Counted from the first letter of the whole stretch, positions 37,446-51,689 are shown. The stretch: DNA of 63,497 nt, filler included, from Octopus bimaculoides (GCF_001194135.2; 7 parts of 7 records of this genome joined end to end with filler, not necessarily neighbours in it); one strand, 5' to 3'. Program-made: numbers and translations. The notes: generated by a model not told the origin, from the sequence alone.

Positions 37446-37732
37446 CAAGGTATTATCAGCAAATGTCTGGACTAGTTATGTTTAAGTAAATATAACTTAT
37501 TCACCTAAGTTTTAACATTATCTCCTTCCAAATAATCACCTTGCGCAGCAATACACCGGTCTCACCGTTGCTGCTACTTTTGGAAACCAGCCTGGAAGTC
37601 GTTTTCCGTAAGCGAGTCGAGTACCTCTTGCGATTCGCTCTGGATCTCGACAAGTGTTACAACGGTGACCTTTGAGCTGCTTCTTCATCTCTTGGAAGAG
37701 ATGGAAATCCGCAGGTGCTAAATCTGGTGAAT
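37446..37732 (-). mobile_element. Mariner (irritans-like) 3' fragment with terminal repeat
   Basis: YSPDLAPADFHLF..MKKQLKGHR, frameshifted QSESQEVLDSLTENDFQAGFQK...CIAAQGDY; TA|CAAGGTATTATCAGCAAATGTCTGGACT end. Confidence 0.88.
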
Positions 37733-37760
37733 ATATATATATAGAGAGAGAGAGAGTGAG

Positions 37761-37822
<62 letters not shown>

Positions 37823-37969
37823 GTACGTACGCACGTACGTACGTAGGTAGATTGTTATTATGTCCGTAGAAGAGTCAAATGATAAGGCATTTCCAATGAA
37901 CTCCTCAGTTCGAACTTGAGTAATATCGAAGATATATACATGTAATATTGATTATTTATATTTCAACTG

Positions 37970-38112
37970 GTTTCCACAGAGATACTACCAAATTCATTCA
38001 CACCGGATTTGTTTGCCCGTAGCTATAATAGAAATCACTCACCAAAAATAGCGCATGTCGGAACTGAACTTGAAACCACGTGGTTGCAAATCGAGCCTCT
38101 TAATCACCCAGC
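37970..38112 (-). mobile_element. Degenerate SINE family D head and body
   Basis: CTACCAAATTCATTCACA...GGAACTGAACTTGAAACCACGTGGTTGC aligns to family D. Confidence 0.55.
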
Positions 38113-38949
38113 TTACATTTTATACAAATGTAGACAGTTTGTACTGTTTTGTTATTCTTTAACCCACTAACTCTCACTGTCCTATAAATAGGACACTAAA
38201 TGAGAACATTAAATAAGCTATATCACATTGTCTCGGTGTCCTATTTATTTCGATTCTAAAATTTGTTTTTTAACAGTTACTATTCTAATGACAAGATGTT
38301 GAAAATGAATACAGTATATGAACTACGTTTCATTGTATCCTTTTTATTCACTGCTCTACAATTTGCAGAATACGGGTTTTGTTTGAAATATGCCTTCAGA
38401 CCTGACACAGCTCGCTGTAATCATAAAGAAAATCACGTTTGAAGTGGAAACAGATGAAAATAATTGTTTAACCTCTGTAATGCAAGTGATTTATGATTCA
38501 GTGAAACGTAGCATGGTTGCTAGTAGTATAAACGAATTTCAAAATGGCACTCAATTTGATGGCTGCAACTGTTAAAATGTCGTGGAAGAAATATTCATAA
38601 TATCGAGTAAGACTGGGAGTTTAGTGCGAAAGCTTAAAAGAAAGCAGTTGATTAGCAATACAAAATAAACTGGATACGCAAATACAGTAATGTATGATGC
38701 AAGTAATATTCATTACTATGTATATAGAACTATGGAGATGTTGCGATTTGATTGGTTAACTGATGGACCTCCTTTGTAATGAGTCTTGAGTTCGAAGCTA
38801 TAGTTTGTATTTTCATTGCTTTTGTGGGGAAAAGGTGTTATTCTACTTTGTCTTATTTCACAAGCGATCATGGATAGTTGCCAAATAGATCTTCCAATAT
38901 TCACTTTTAGTTAGAAACTCGTCAATAGCTTATTTTTTATTCTGTCTTA

Positions 38950-39045
38950 TTTCTTTATTGCCACAAGAGGCTAAACATAGAGGGGACAAACAAGGACAAA
39001 GAGATTAAATCGATTACATCTACCCCAGTGCGTAACTGGTATACG
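38950..39045 (-). mobile_element. SINE family B tail-1 fragment
   Basis: GGCTAAACATAGAGGGGACAAACAAGGACA...CGATTACATC.ACCCCAGTGCGTAACTGGTA. Confidence 0.8.
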
Positions 39046-39612
39046 TTTAGCAGATATATATTCAAGTGTTCTGTGAAAACGGCTTCTGTGGTTAAACCAC
39101 GGACATTGTTTCCGTCCACACAAAACCAAGAAAATCTTAACTAAGTTCAACTGGTTATTACCATTTTATCCAGTATATCTACGTGAATATGTTATACAAT
39201 TAGAATAAGAAACACAGAGATAATGATTAAAAAAACAGCTAAGGGCCCAACACTAAGTCTCTTTACAATGTGGCTATCTCTTTAAAATATAAGGCTTCAT
39301 CCATATTTATAACAACCAAAAATGTTGACTGGCGAACATTGTCACGATTCTCAAAACTGTAACATTATTATATTTAGAGATTGCTGGCGATTCTTCTCTG
39401 CTAATTTACAAAATATAGGACTAGATTTATAATAGATGCTAGTTAGAGGTATTGTTACCAAAATGATCCCGGTAATGTATTTTCATATAAAGAATCTACA
39501 TACGCACACATACACCTCCCGGTCATACATGAAGATATTCAAATGTGTATACGTCTTTCATATATATAATACAATATGGTATGATAATGTGTATATATGC
39601 ATATATAAATAC

Positions 39613-39688
<76 letters not shown>

Positions 39689-40566
39689 NNNNNNNNNNNN
39701 NNNNNNNNNNNNNNNNNNNNNNNNNNNNNNNNNNNNNNNNNNNNNNNNNNNNNNNNNNNNNNNNNNNNNNNNNNNNNNNNNNNNNNNNNNNNNNNNNNNN
39801 NNNNNNNNNNNNNNNNNNNNNNNNNNNNNNNNNNNNNNNNNNNNNNNNNNNNNNNNNNNNNNNNNNNNNNNNNNNNNNNNNNNNNNNNNNNNNNNNNNNN
39901 NNNNNNNNNNNNNNNNNNNNNNNNNNNNNNNNNNNNNNNNNNNNNNNNNNNNNNNNNNNNNNNNNNNNNNNNNNNNNNNNNNNNNNNNNNNNNNNNNNNN
40001 NNNNNNNNNNNNNNNNNNNNNNNNNNNNNNNNNNNNNNNNNNNNNNNNNNNNNNNNNNNNNNNNNNNNNNNNNNNNNNNNNNNNNNNNNNNNNNNNNNNN
40101 NNNNNNNNNNNNNNNNNNNNNNNNNNNNNNNNNNNNNNNNNNNNNNNNNNNNNNNNNNNNNNNNNNNNNNNNNNNNNNNNNNNNNNNNNNNNNNNNNNNN
40201 NNNNNNNNNNNNNNNNNNNNNNNNNNNNNNNNNNNNNNNNNNNNNNNNNNNNNNNNNNNNNNNNNNNNNNNNNNNNNNNNNNNNNNNNNNNNNNNNNNNN
40301 NNNNNNNNNNNNNNNNNNNNNNNNNNNNNNNNNNNNNNNNNNNNNNNNNNNNNNNNNNNNNNNNNNNNNNNNNNNNNNNNNNNNNNNNNNNNNNNNNNNN
40401 NNNNNNNNNNNNNNNNNNNNNNNNNNNNNNNNNNNNNNNNNNNNNNNNNNNNNNNNNNNNNNNNNNNNNNNNNNNNNNNNNNNNNNNNNNNNNNNNNNNN
40501 NNNNNNNNNNNNNNNNNNNNNNNNNNNNNNNNNNNNNNNNNNNNNNNNNNNNNNNNNNNNNNNNNN

Positions 40567-40616
<50 letters not shown>

Positions 40617-42069
40617 ATCATAACTATGTATATTCAGTATATAAACACTCACTCGCTTATACAAAACTACATGCAAATTAACTCACATGAACTGCTACAG
40701 TATAGTTTTAAAGTCTACTTTGTATTCTGAAAGGCATTTCCTTTAGTTGATCTATACAAATATCTAACCGTATCAATCCTGTTGATTCCTATTCACAAGG
40801 TGAGTCCAAGATGTTTAAGACAGAAAACATCGCCATCTTTAATCGGTGGACACTCTATATGCCACCAGGCAACCTTTACACAATACACTTTGTCGAAAGA
40901 AAAAGGAAGCGTCATAAAATCATTGCGAGAAATGCCTTCTTGTACGAAAAAACAGAAAAGAGATTAACGGGACATTCCATCAAAGCGATTTTCGTCTTAT
41001 CAATACAGGAAGCATATAAAATTTCAACGCAATTTCTTCCTTCATACCTCGATCTACAATATAAAAATTCTTGAAGCAATATACCAATGTTTATATCATT
41101 GCAGTGAAACCTAAGGATATATACGAACTTACAAGCAGGAAAAAACACCTGACAAGCAATGTCACTAAGACATAGAGGGGAAAACAACTGGTACGTGAAT
41201 TATCTTTACAGCATCCACCATTTATTGGATCTACTAAAGCTGAGATCCATCAATCAACTTCTTTGCAACCAATATAGTCCACGTGGAAGTGTTGTAGTGT
41301 TTCTAATAAAACTTTATCTGTTTGCCTATATTTTCCAATAAACTCTGTTGATATATCCTTATTTTTCATCTCTTCTGAAGTTTTCAACTTGTAAAGATAA
41401 TTTATGGACACATAGCATATAAGATACCAAAAAAATTGCAACGATTGAGTTAGTCTCAATATACAAAATATTAGGCTGTTCCGAAAATAATGGCCACTCT
41501 AAGTGTTGCGTTTTGAAACGCAATTTTATCATAGGTGAATTTTGGCATACTTAATAATTGATGTATGCGCTTTAATAATTCTCCACTTATTTCAAACAGA
41601 AAACATTGAAGCATAAACACCCTTAAATATGACCATGACAAAAATGGACCTTCGCTTACTTTTCTTTGACTTGTCTCCCTTGCTTGACGAAAATGTTACA
41701 AAGTATTAGTATTCGATAAAGAGCATTTCTTTTTTAACTAATCACTTATTTATTTGTACTTGACTTTTTCCTATTCTTTTCCTTATCGATAATCCATCAG
41801 CAGTAAAAATAGATGGTGTTGAAACTTACCCAAACGTATTCTCATTTTTCCAGCGAACATCATTATTACATGAACATCCTCCATCTTACACTGCTTCTTC
41901 TCCTGCAAGCATCAGTGTATCATTCTTCTCATCCCCACACACACAAACACACCACAGCGGACTTTCTCTGGCACGTTATAACCTTTTGAAGGTTTTCTTT
42001 GTCCGCATCTTTTTCCTCTACTCATCGATTAATTAAGTGTTAATTATCAATAATATTAATCTCACCGGT

Positions 42070-42399
42070 ATAGGAGCGACGAATGGTACCGTTTCGATTC
42101 CCAGACCGGACGTTGTGAATGTTTATTGAGCGAAAACACCTAAATTTCCACGAGGCTCCGGCAGGAGGTGGTGGCGAACCCTGATGTACTCTTTCTCTCA
42201 CTTTTTCTTCCTATTTCTTTTGTACCTGAAATTCAAAGAGGCCAGCTTTGTTACACATTGCGTCACGCTGAATCTCCCCAAGAACTTAGAGTACACGTGT
42301 CTGTGGAGTGCTTAGCCACTTGCACATTAATTTCACGAGAAGGCTGTTCCGTACATCAGATCAACTGGAACCCTCGTCGTCGAGACCGACGGAGTGTCA
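42070..42399 (+). mobile_element. SINE family A
   Basis: GTTTCGATTCCCAGACCGG (B-box)...TTTATTGAGCGAAAACACCT...GATCAACTGGAACCCTCGTCGTCG; homologous to 48700-49055 and 61751-61979. Confidence 0.85.
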
Positions 42400-42587
42400 C
42401 GACGATGACGATATTGGCAACCTATTCAAAGGAAAGTGGCATAGTATACTTCCCAGAATTAAAAGAAAACTGGTTTAGTCGAAAAAAACGGCATCTGTAA
42501 GAGAAGAGCTAATTTATATATTCTATATTTAAATACATTCCAATTAAATCACATCTGATGTATTTTAACATATTAATATATACCGAA

Positions 42588-42800
42588 GTAAGGCAGCGAG
42601 CTGGCAGAGACGTTAGCACGTTGGGCGAAATTCTTAGTGGTTTGTCTGTATTTACGTTCTGAGTTCAAATTCCGAGGAGGTCAACATTGCTTTTTATCTT
42701 TTTGGGGTCGACTAAATAAGTACCAGTTGCGTATTGGTTCGATCTGATCTATTGGTCCCCTCCCTCAAAATTTCGGGCCTTGTGCCTAGAGTAGAAAATA
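42588..42800 (+). mobile_element. SINE family B (tail type 2)
   Basis: GTAAGGCAGCGAGCTGGCAGAG...GAGTTCAAATTCCG...GGCCTTGTGCCTAGAGTAGAAA. Confidence 0.85.
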
Positions 42801-43586
42801 CTATATACCCATGTAGATAGAAGGCATGTGAGTGCGCGTATGTGTGCGCGTGTATATGTGTGGTATGTGTGCGTATTACTTCGTACGTCTTATACAGACT
42901 ATCAAGTCTTTCTACTTATCCGCACACCTCGCTTTCTGTATTTTACAAGATGGTCACATAAAACATTTAAATATACTTGACATGTCTGGAACCAAATATC
43001 AGCTAAACTATCCGTATTCTCATCCTCCTTCCACCCGCAACGTTCTCACCTCTCTACTTTTCTACATCTCTCTGGATCTCATTACAGTATCTGCCTGTCA
43101 AGTTCTCTGGATCAATTTCTTGTTTAAATACCTCACCTGGACATTAACGCTTCTGATCAATTGCTTCTGAACATGACACGAATTTCTTCTGAAAATATTA
43201 ACTTTTCAGTTAGATTCCTTACAGACAACTTCTTGTCTTTCATCTGATACCCTCATTCCTCAGCTTCAACAACAATTTCGTCTCTCTATGTCCTTATTAC
43301 TGTATCTGCATGTCAATTTTGAATCTTAGAAATTGATCTGATTACGTGTCTCATATCGACAGTACTGCTTAAAGACTTACTTAAATCATTTTCCTATGAG
43401 GAATGTTCTGAGTGAAAAGTTGTTCGGAATGGAAGACAGTAATCTTCATATATGAAAATACTATATTTGTTATTTCTCTTCAGTTTTTATACAATTGTTT
43501 CAATTTGAATTTCCATCGCATATGGTTTAAACAGAGTTGCTTGTTTCTCTCCTTGTTTTTTTTCTCTGCTTGTTTCTCTCTCTGTC

Positions 43587-43639
<53 letters not shown>

Positions 43640-44155
43640 NNNNNNNNNNNNNNNNNNNNNNNNNNNNNNNNNNNNNNNNNNNNNNNNNNNNNNNNNNNNN
43701 NNNNNNNNNNNNNNNNNNNNNNNNNNNNNNNNNNNNNNNNNNNNNNNNNNNNNNNNNNNNNNNNNNNNNNNNNNNNNNNNNNNNNNNNNNNNNNNNNNNN
43801 NNNNNNNNNNNNNNNNNNNNNNNNNNNNNNNNNNNNNNNNNNNNNNNNNNNNNNNNNNNNNNNNNNNNNNNNNNNNNNNNNNNNNNNNNNNNNNNNNNNN
43901 NNNNNNNNNNNNNNNNNNNNNNNNNNNNNNNNNNNNNNNNNNNNNNNNNNNNNNNNNNNNNNNNNNNNNNNNNNNNNNNNNNNNNNNNNNNNNNNNNNNN
44001 NNNNNNNNNNNNNNNNNNNNNNNNNNNNNNNNNNNNNNNNNNNNNNNNNNNNNNNNNNNNNNNNNNNNNNNNNNNNNNNNNNNNNNNNNNNNNNNNNNNN
44101 NNNNNNNNNNNNNNNNNNNNNNNNNNNNNNNNNNNNNNAGAGAGAGAGAGAGAGG

Positions 44156-44185
<30 letters not shown>

Positions 44186-44189
<4 letters not shown>

Positions 44190-44460
44190 GAATTCACAAA
44201 AAGAAAGACAAAGACAGGTGGTGTAGAAAACAAACAAATGTATTAGTTTAACGCCCGGGAAGTGGAAAAGTCTTTAACGTTTCGTTCCGACGCTCTTCCA
44301 CAGAAAAGAACACAGAAAGAAACAAGGAGAGAAAATAAGAATGTGTAGTGGCTAGCGATCTATCATGGCGAATGCCGGACAGAGGAGTCACACAGGAGAG
44401 CTAGGAAGAAGGGAAGATGATAAAGTAGTAGTGATCCCAAAACGAAGGTGCGCGTGCGTG
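44186..44460 (-). repeat. Repeat family H (Penelope-like tail with hammerhead-like motif at 44271-44308)
   Basis: Reverse complement aligns with 56440-56578; motif CUUUU-CUGUGGA-AGAGC...GAAAC-GUU-AAAGA. Confidence 0.75.
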
Positions 44461-45379
44461 TGTATAAGAGAGCATGTATGTGCGTGTGGAAGATGGCTGG
44501 TGACCCTGACGTGTGTGTGTGTGGTGGTGTGTGGTGTGGTGTTTTGTGGTGGTGTTGGGATATATGTATATATATATAAATGTGTATCTATACACATACA
44601 TATATACAAACATACATACGTGAAAGCATAACAGAGAAATGACTTGCTTCTTTTGGTTTGTCAAAATTTTCTTTACTATTTTCTACGTGTGTCTATGCCT
44701 GTATCCGACTTCGCAGCATTTTACGCATATGAGGGAATGTGGTACATATGTTTATACGTTTGTATTTTGTGTGTACATCAGTTGTGTAACGTTTGTTGGA
44801 GACGAACAAAACATACACTCACTGAATATTTGTAATAAGACGACAGTCATAACTGCCTATTATCTATCGTGTAAGTATATGTATGAGAAATGGTGTTTAT
44901 AGTGAGTAGACTATTGTACGTGTATGTGAATGTGATTAAAACTGCGTTGGACAGTCTATGCGTATGCGTCAGCCATTGACGAACTTTAGACCTTACGTAT
45001 ATAATTTATGCTTAAGCATAAACATTTTTAAATATTGCATACATATTCATTCATTCATTGATATATACTTATGTATATATATGTGTATATATATATATAT
45101 ATATATNNNNNNNNNNNNNNNNNNNNNNNNNNNNNNNNNNNNNNNNNNNNNNNNNNNNNNNNNNNNNNNNNNNNNNNNNNNNNNNNNNNNNNNNNNNNNN
45201 NNNNNNNNNNNNNNNNNNNNNNNNNNNNNNNNNNNNNNNNNNNNNNNNNNNNNNNNNNNNNNNNNNNNNNNNNNNNNNNNNNNNNNNNNNNNNATATATA
45301 TATGCATATATATGTATACGCATATATATGTAATATATAGATATCTATATATAGATATATATGTATATATATAAATATG

Positions 45380-45442
<63 letters not shown>

Positions 45443-47507
45443 GTGTATATCTTCATGTATATATACATACATACATTTATATATGAATATACACTGAAAA
45501 GGTGTATTCCTATGTCATTGTGTATATATATATCTATATAAATATACATGACTAGCACTTTATATGTTATATATATGTATGTACGCTTATACCTTTCGAT
45601 AGTTTTATAATTATATATTTTTCTCTCTATCAGCGGTCATCAATCGCCATCAACCATTGACTGTGCACTAATTAGTACCTCTAATCAAGCGTATTTTTGT
45701 CCTTATATATATATATATACATATACATAGTTATTTATTTATTTCTCCTTTTATTTTCTTAATATTATCTGTTTATTTTATTTAAAACTCTCAAAACACA
45801 TTAAAAGAGACATCAAACGCGTATCAAACGTTGCTTTGAATATTCAGAAAATCATTAAAGCAACTCTCATTTATGCTGGTAATGTAAGTAAATTAATAAT
45901 TATTTCACCATTAGCTTTGGGCCTGGTTAAGAAAAAAAAACACTAGGAAACGAAGACATTGATAGTGTTGTTATGTATATTTGAACGATGCTATTTTTTG
46001 TTTGTTTTCTTTGTCTCGGATTTTTCATATTTTTTTTATATATATATTCTCTGCTACCTAGACGGCCTTGATGTTGGTTTTCTATTTGTTCTTCCTGCTT
46101 TTGCCATTTATTATTTTTAATGTCTAAGGTGTTATACTTATTTTGCGTATGTTATTTTGTTTTGATTTACGCTTATGTGTGGGTTTTATTTATATTTTAA
46201 ATATGGCGGTTATATATGTCTATTAGATCTTTTATTTTCTATTTTATATTCAATTTGTTTTGCTTGTCTTTCATTCCGTTTTTTTGTTTTTGTTTTATTT
46301 TTCTGGTCTTTATCTGTGAGAAATTGTTTGTGGCATTTTGTTCTGTGTGCAACTTTCTTTCCTACAATCTACTGCGAAATGCTATGGCGCACACTTAGGA
46401 ATACACGCACCCACGCACACACACACATGCACACAGACACACATGCACGCCACGCACTCACGCACACATTTGCACATACATAAAACACACACAATATACA
46501 CAACAGAAGAAATATATAAATCACACAACTCAATTAAGTGATGATAATTTTTACATGGATAGGAAAGACGTCTAAGAGAAAAGTTCAAAAATAGTAGGAA
46601 ATTTACAGTCTGCAGATAATAAAAAATTGAATGAGAAGAGAGTAACCCTTAACTGTTTTTGATTCACTAATATAGAGATATATAAAAGAATATACTTGAA
46701 AAGGATTCCATGGAGCATAAGACTATACGAACAACAATAAAGTAAATATACTTTGTTATAGCTTCAATGAAGACAAATGTGTATTATCAATAAGTAATGA
46801 GTGAATAATTTTGACTGATTTCCGATAAACGAAACTTCGCTTCATAGTCACATCAGAGTTACCTCCCTTATGAGCTGGTACGAAAGAGAACTAACGTGTT
46901 CGAAATGCTCCGGGATGACGTTGATGTTCTAACACTTTTTTTTTTTTTTGTCTGGAAGGAGAATATTTTTCTCACCGACAAACCGTTGCAGCTTCAAGTA
47001 TCCCTCAAGAATATTTGAACTGTTCTAATCCCTGTTTGCAAAAGTTAGCATAACGGGACTGTGTTGAAGGTTGATGCAAGAGATTTGTTTTTTCACTGTC
47101 AACTTTTATATAAATATAAACTGATTGTCGTCACATTTCGTTTCCCGTAGACGTTCTGTTTGTCTGCAGTCATCGTCCAAGCAAAAATAACTTCTACCAG
47201 TTAATGTGTTTCTGCTAATGTGTGCTGACCCGTTTGAAGCGTCCTCTTCCCCATAGTATTCTAACCACTAGGAGTCATCTATATATGAAAATTCTTTCTA
47301 CTTAGAGTATGAACTTGTCGTTGGATAATAGAGCTGCATACTTAGGGTTTTCGCGTATAAATTAAGCATTCACCTGAGACATTGTGGATCTCTGTTTTCA
47401 CCACAATATTATATACATTTAATTGACCATTTATGCTTTACGAAATTACGGACACGTTTTCAAAATTTTTTTTCTCTTCTATTTAAACAATATGCACCTC
47501 CAGTCAA

Positions 47508-47611
47508 TAAGATATGTTTTCTGTCTGTACTCCCTCTAAGATGCTTATGTTTTCTGTCTGTACTCCCTCTAAGATGCCTATGTTTTCTATCTGCACACCC
47601 TCTAAGATGCC
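47508..47611. repeat. 33-bp minisatellite, about 3 copies
   Basis: Unit TAAGATGCTTATGTTTTCTGTCTGTACTCCCTC. Confidence 0.9.
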
Positions 47612-48699
47612 GTCAGTTTGTGACTGAGTTTACCGGTCTCTGTAAACGTGGAGAAAAATTTCAGATTCGCAAGATGTTTTAACGTATAACTTTCATGTAT
47701 GTCGTGTTAGTAAATGCTAATATAACTACAGGTAGTTGTCTTAGAGATATGAAGAGGTATCAGGTCAAAATGGGTGGATGAATTTTTCATACAAAACATT
47801 TTATGGTGCAGGCATTTAAGAATATTGGTCTGATTTTAAAGCCAGTTATGATTATTGAACCGTCGCCATTCCTAGTTATTTTATGTTCTGTTTTATGTGT
47901 TCACAACTATAATGTGTGTCACAGTGCCACAGGTAGGGAAGTGTTTCTGTTAGATATTAGGTGTCTCAGGGCTACCACCTTTGGTATCAGCGTTTTAACA
48001 GATTTCTCCATGCTTTTATCTATATTTTCTTCACACTCAAGTACAAAATCAGCCCTAAACATGACCCTGAAGAGTTTATATTTAATATCTCGTATTATGC
48101 ACGTGAAATACTGTAGCTATGAAATCATCGACATAAAGAAGATTCTATGTTGCTCGTTCACAGAATTTCTACTAATTTGTAGTTTGATTACCCAAATGTG
48201 TATCTGTATTTCATCGTTATGTTAGGCCGGTTAGGCCCGTTATGCCTATATTTCACTTCGGCTTATGGCAGATGTATACCATCGCGATTTTTTTTCGTAT
48301 AATGAAGGAGAACATCCTTTGTAACATCTCGTATTTTTATCTTCGGATACTTACTTTATGGGAATAGCACAATATAATATCTTGGCTACGAAATTATATG
48401 CCATAGATACTATGTATCGGATACTATGTATCTATGACATAAAATGTTCGAGCAATTACTTAAGATATGGGTTACACATCGGTGTTAATTCCATACAGCC
48501 TGAAAGAATTGGTTCATCTTTGTGTTTTACCTGTAAATTCATCGATTTTTATGCATTAGACGTTTCGTTGCAAATACTTGATCCTAAACTACAAACGAAA
48601 ATTAATGTGAGAGCAAATGTAATAGCTCTCTCTAAAAAGCTTTCTAAAAACCTAACTGTGCAGGAGTTTTTGTTAATAGGCAGATTATCCTGATGATCT

Positions 48700-49055
48700 A
48701 TTGCGGCAGACTTGCGGTCGTAGGATCGCGGTTTCGATTCCAGACCGGGCGCTCTGAGTGTTTATTGAGCGAAAACACCTGAAGCTCCACGAGGCACCAG
48801 CAGGGCGTGGTGGTGAACCCTGCTGTATTCTCTCACCACAACTGTCTCTCATACTTTCTTCCTCATTCTGTTGTTCATGTATTTCAAAGGGCCTTGTCAC
48901 ACTCTGTGTCACGCTAAATCTATCTCTCCCGAAGATTACGTTAAGGGTACACGTGTCTATGGAGTGCTCAACCATTTGCATGTTAATTTCACGAGCAAGC
49001 TGTTTCATTGATCGGTTCAATTGGAACCCGAGTCGTCGTTACCAACGGAGTGCCA
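48700..49055 (+). mobile_element. SINE family A
   Basis: GGATCGCGGTTTCGATTCCAGACCGGGCG...GAGCGAAAACACCT...GGAGTGCCA. Confidence 0.88.
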
Positions 49056-49319
49056 CGATATGATATGATGTCGTTTGAATCGCTTTTGGGCCTCTGTCCT
49101 ATTTGTTTTCTTTTAGGTAGGACCGGTGTTGCATAACAGTTTTCAGGTTTCCCATCGATGTTATTCTTTCTTCTTTCAGATTTATCACAGTTGATATTTG
49201 ACGTTTCTAGTGATGGTCACGAACCTTTGTAACTGCTAATATATTCTAGTTTTGCTCCTTCTGGTTAATCTCATTTCATTCTTTCCGCATTTTCTTCTGG
49301 AATGAAACTGTTTCATCCT

Positions 49320-49436
49320 CAGAAGGCCCGTAACTATAGTAGAAGACACTTGCTCAAGTTGCCCTGCAGTGGGACTGAACACGGTACCATGTGGTTGAGA
49401 AACAAGCTTCTTACAACACAGTCGCTTCTGTGCCTA
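49320..49436 (-). mobile_element. SINE family D head and body
   Basis: CTATAGTAGAAGACACTTGCTCAAG...CAGTGGGACTGAAC...CCATGTGGTTG. Confidence 0.8.
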
Positions 49437-50239
49437 TAGCAGAGTTTATAAATGAAAAAAAAGACCAGTAATCTTCTCATGAAATATTTCACGATCATAT
49501 ATTACAACTGTTTACACTTTTCGCTCTTCCAACGCTTAGGACACATATTACCGTCTCTGCTGTGATGAACACTGATACCATGGTCTGTACTGTACAGTAA
49601 ACCTTAAAGGTCGAAAAATAGTAAGAAGTACCAGTCTAAAATGTTTTAATAAGCTATGCCATCCTCGTTATAGCTATGCCTGTTTTCGGAGAAATACGTT
49701 ATTTGTACACACTTTCGGGGAGAAATTTTTATCTCACCAACAACTCGTCTCGCATATAGCAAGTGTTGTTCGTTATTGTCATTGTTTTATTGTGAAATAA
49801 TTTACTCCCAAGTAGAATTTGTAGCAGTATATTATTCATCTATTTACGTGACCGATAGTGAGACCTTTTGTTCTTTTATGGCAATTATAGGTTATCATTG
49901 ATGTGGTAATTCTTATAGAAATAGGCTATATTATTCAGTTTCTTCTTGAACTGCAACAAACGAGGTTCTTTTTATGATTCTTGATGTTACTTCATCTAAC
50001 GTTCTTTTTCCTTGTTGTTGCCCAACCATGAAAAGTGTGAGATGAATATCTCTATAATTTTCAATAAAAGCTTTCTTGAACGAATGTAATCAGAAGACAA
50101 ACCAGTGGTTTAACAAGGTAGCACTAATGTAGGAGGATCTATTCAACAGTCGATCACACCTTGAAGACGAATGGTCACACCGATTATATACATATGCATA
50201 ATTTTTGTTTGTTTGTTTGTTTGTTTTTTGTTGTTTTTT

Positions 50240-50945
50240 TGCCTTTAACCCTCCAACGCGGAGCATAGGTCAATTATAATTGAATTCCATGTCGCATAAT
50301 TTTTCGGTTCTGCACTTATACTCTGCCATGAATGTCCCCATTTCTCTAGTTCCTTTTGTATTGATCTACGCCACGAGTTCTTAGGCCTACCTTTCTTTCT
50401 ATATCCATCCGGATTCCACTGTAAAGCACTCTTCGCTACATTTGGTTTGTCTTTTCTAATTGTGCTAACAATCCACTACCACTTTTTCTTAAATATTTGC
50501 TCCCTAATCGAAACTTGATTCGTTCTTTGCCGTAGCTCCATATTGCTTATGTGTTCGGGCCATCTAATTTTAAGTATACTACGCAAGCATCTGTTGATGA
50601 ATGATTGTATTTGCTTAATTGACTTAACTGTTGTTCGCCATTTCTCAGCCCCATACAATAACACCGCTTTTACGCTAGCGTTAAAAATTCTTATTTTGTT
50701 CTTTATTGAAATTACACTTGCGCTCCATACTTTTTTAACAGGTGAAAAGCGGCCCTTGCCTTACTTATTCTCGTTGGTGCCGCCTGAGAACATTCTCTTA
50801 CTACCTAAATACGTAAACTCGGCTACATCCTCTGCTTTACCGGTTTCGAGTTTAATACGTTCGCTGTTTTCTTCATTAACGCGCATAATTTTTTATTTGT
50901 CGCAGTTGACTTTCAATCCTAGTTTGGCAGCTATTGCTGCCAAAT
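50240..50945 (-). mobile_element. RTE-clade LINE 3' fragment
   Basis: GLKVNCDK, EFTYLGS, KIRIFNASVKAVLLYGAEKW...FINRCLRSILKIRWP..ISN, ALQWNP.G.RKKGRPKNSWRR. Confidence 0.92.
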
Positions 50946-51024
50946 TTTGATTTTGGCTATATGTTTGGCTATGCTTGGCATTTGGCTATATGTACATATG
51001 CATGTACATACGTATATTTATTTA

Positions 51025-51148
51025 TTTATTGCCCACAGGAGGCTAAACATAGAGGGGAAAAACAAGGACAGACAAAGGGATTAAGTCGATTACATCGACA
51101 CCAGTGCATAACTGATACTTATTTAATCGACCCCGAAAGGATGAAAGA
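51025..51148 (-). mobile_element. SINE family B tail-1 fragment
   Basis: Matches 33758-33880. Confidence 0.85.
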
Positions 51149-51157
51149 CATACGTAC

Positions 51158-51214
<57 letters not shown>

Positions 51215-51296
51215 CGTGTGTACACAGAATGTAACAAGGCTGGCCTTTTGAAATACAGATACCACACATACATGCCAGCTGAGTCGAAATAAAGTG

Positions 51297-51583
51297 AAGG
51301 CGCGTGGCGTAGAGATTAGGGTGTTCGGCTCAAGATCGTAAGGTCGTGAGTTCGATTCCTGGCGAGTCTTTGTGTCCACTCCACTCAACTGTCAAAACTG
51401 AGTGGTAAAATGTATTTTAGAGGGCCAGCTTGTTTCACATTCTGTGTCTGGCTGAATTTCCCTAAGATCTATGTTAAAAGTATGCGTGTCCGTGGAGTAC
51501 TCAGCCACTTGAATGTTATTTCACGAGCAAACCATTTCACTGATCGGATCAACTGGAATAGTTGTCATCATAACCGACAGTGT
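51297..51583 (+). mobile_element. SINE with a different tRNA-like head and the family-A 3' body
   Basis: Head AAGGCGCGTGG...GTGAGTTCGATTCC; 3' part GTGGAGTACTCAGCCACTTG...GATCGGATCAACTGGAA shared with family A. Confidence 0.75.
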
Positions 51584-51637
<54 letters not shown>

Positions 51638-51689
51638 ACAGTGGTAATAGTAGCAGTAGTTTTAGCAGTAGTAGTGACAGTGGTAATAT

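Noticed and set aside
40747-41460. Cluster of overlapping short ORFs and an AAG|GTGAGT donor at 40800
   Set aside because: No consistent frame or recognisable protein; cannot be distinguished from background.
41470-41500. TATTAGGCTGTTCCGAAAA mariner-TIR-like string
   Set aside because: No partner TIR or transposase remnant found.
47803-48693. 140-aa and 111-aa plus-strand ORFs
   Set aside because: No domain motif, no splice or codon support; consistent with chance ORFs in T-rich DNA.
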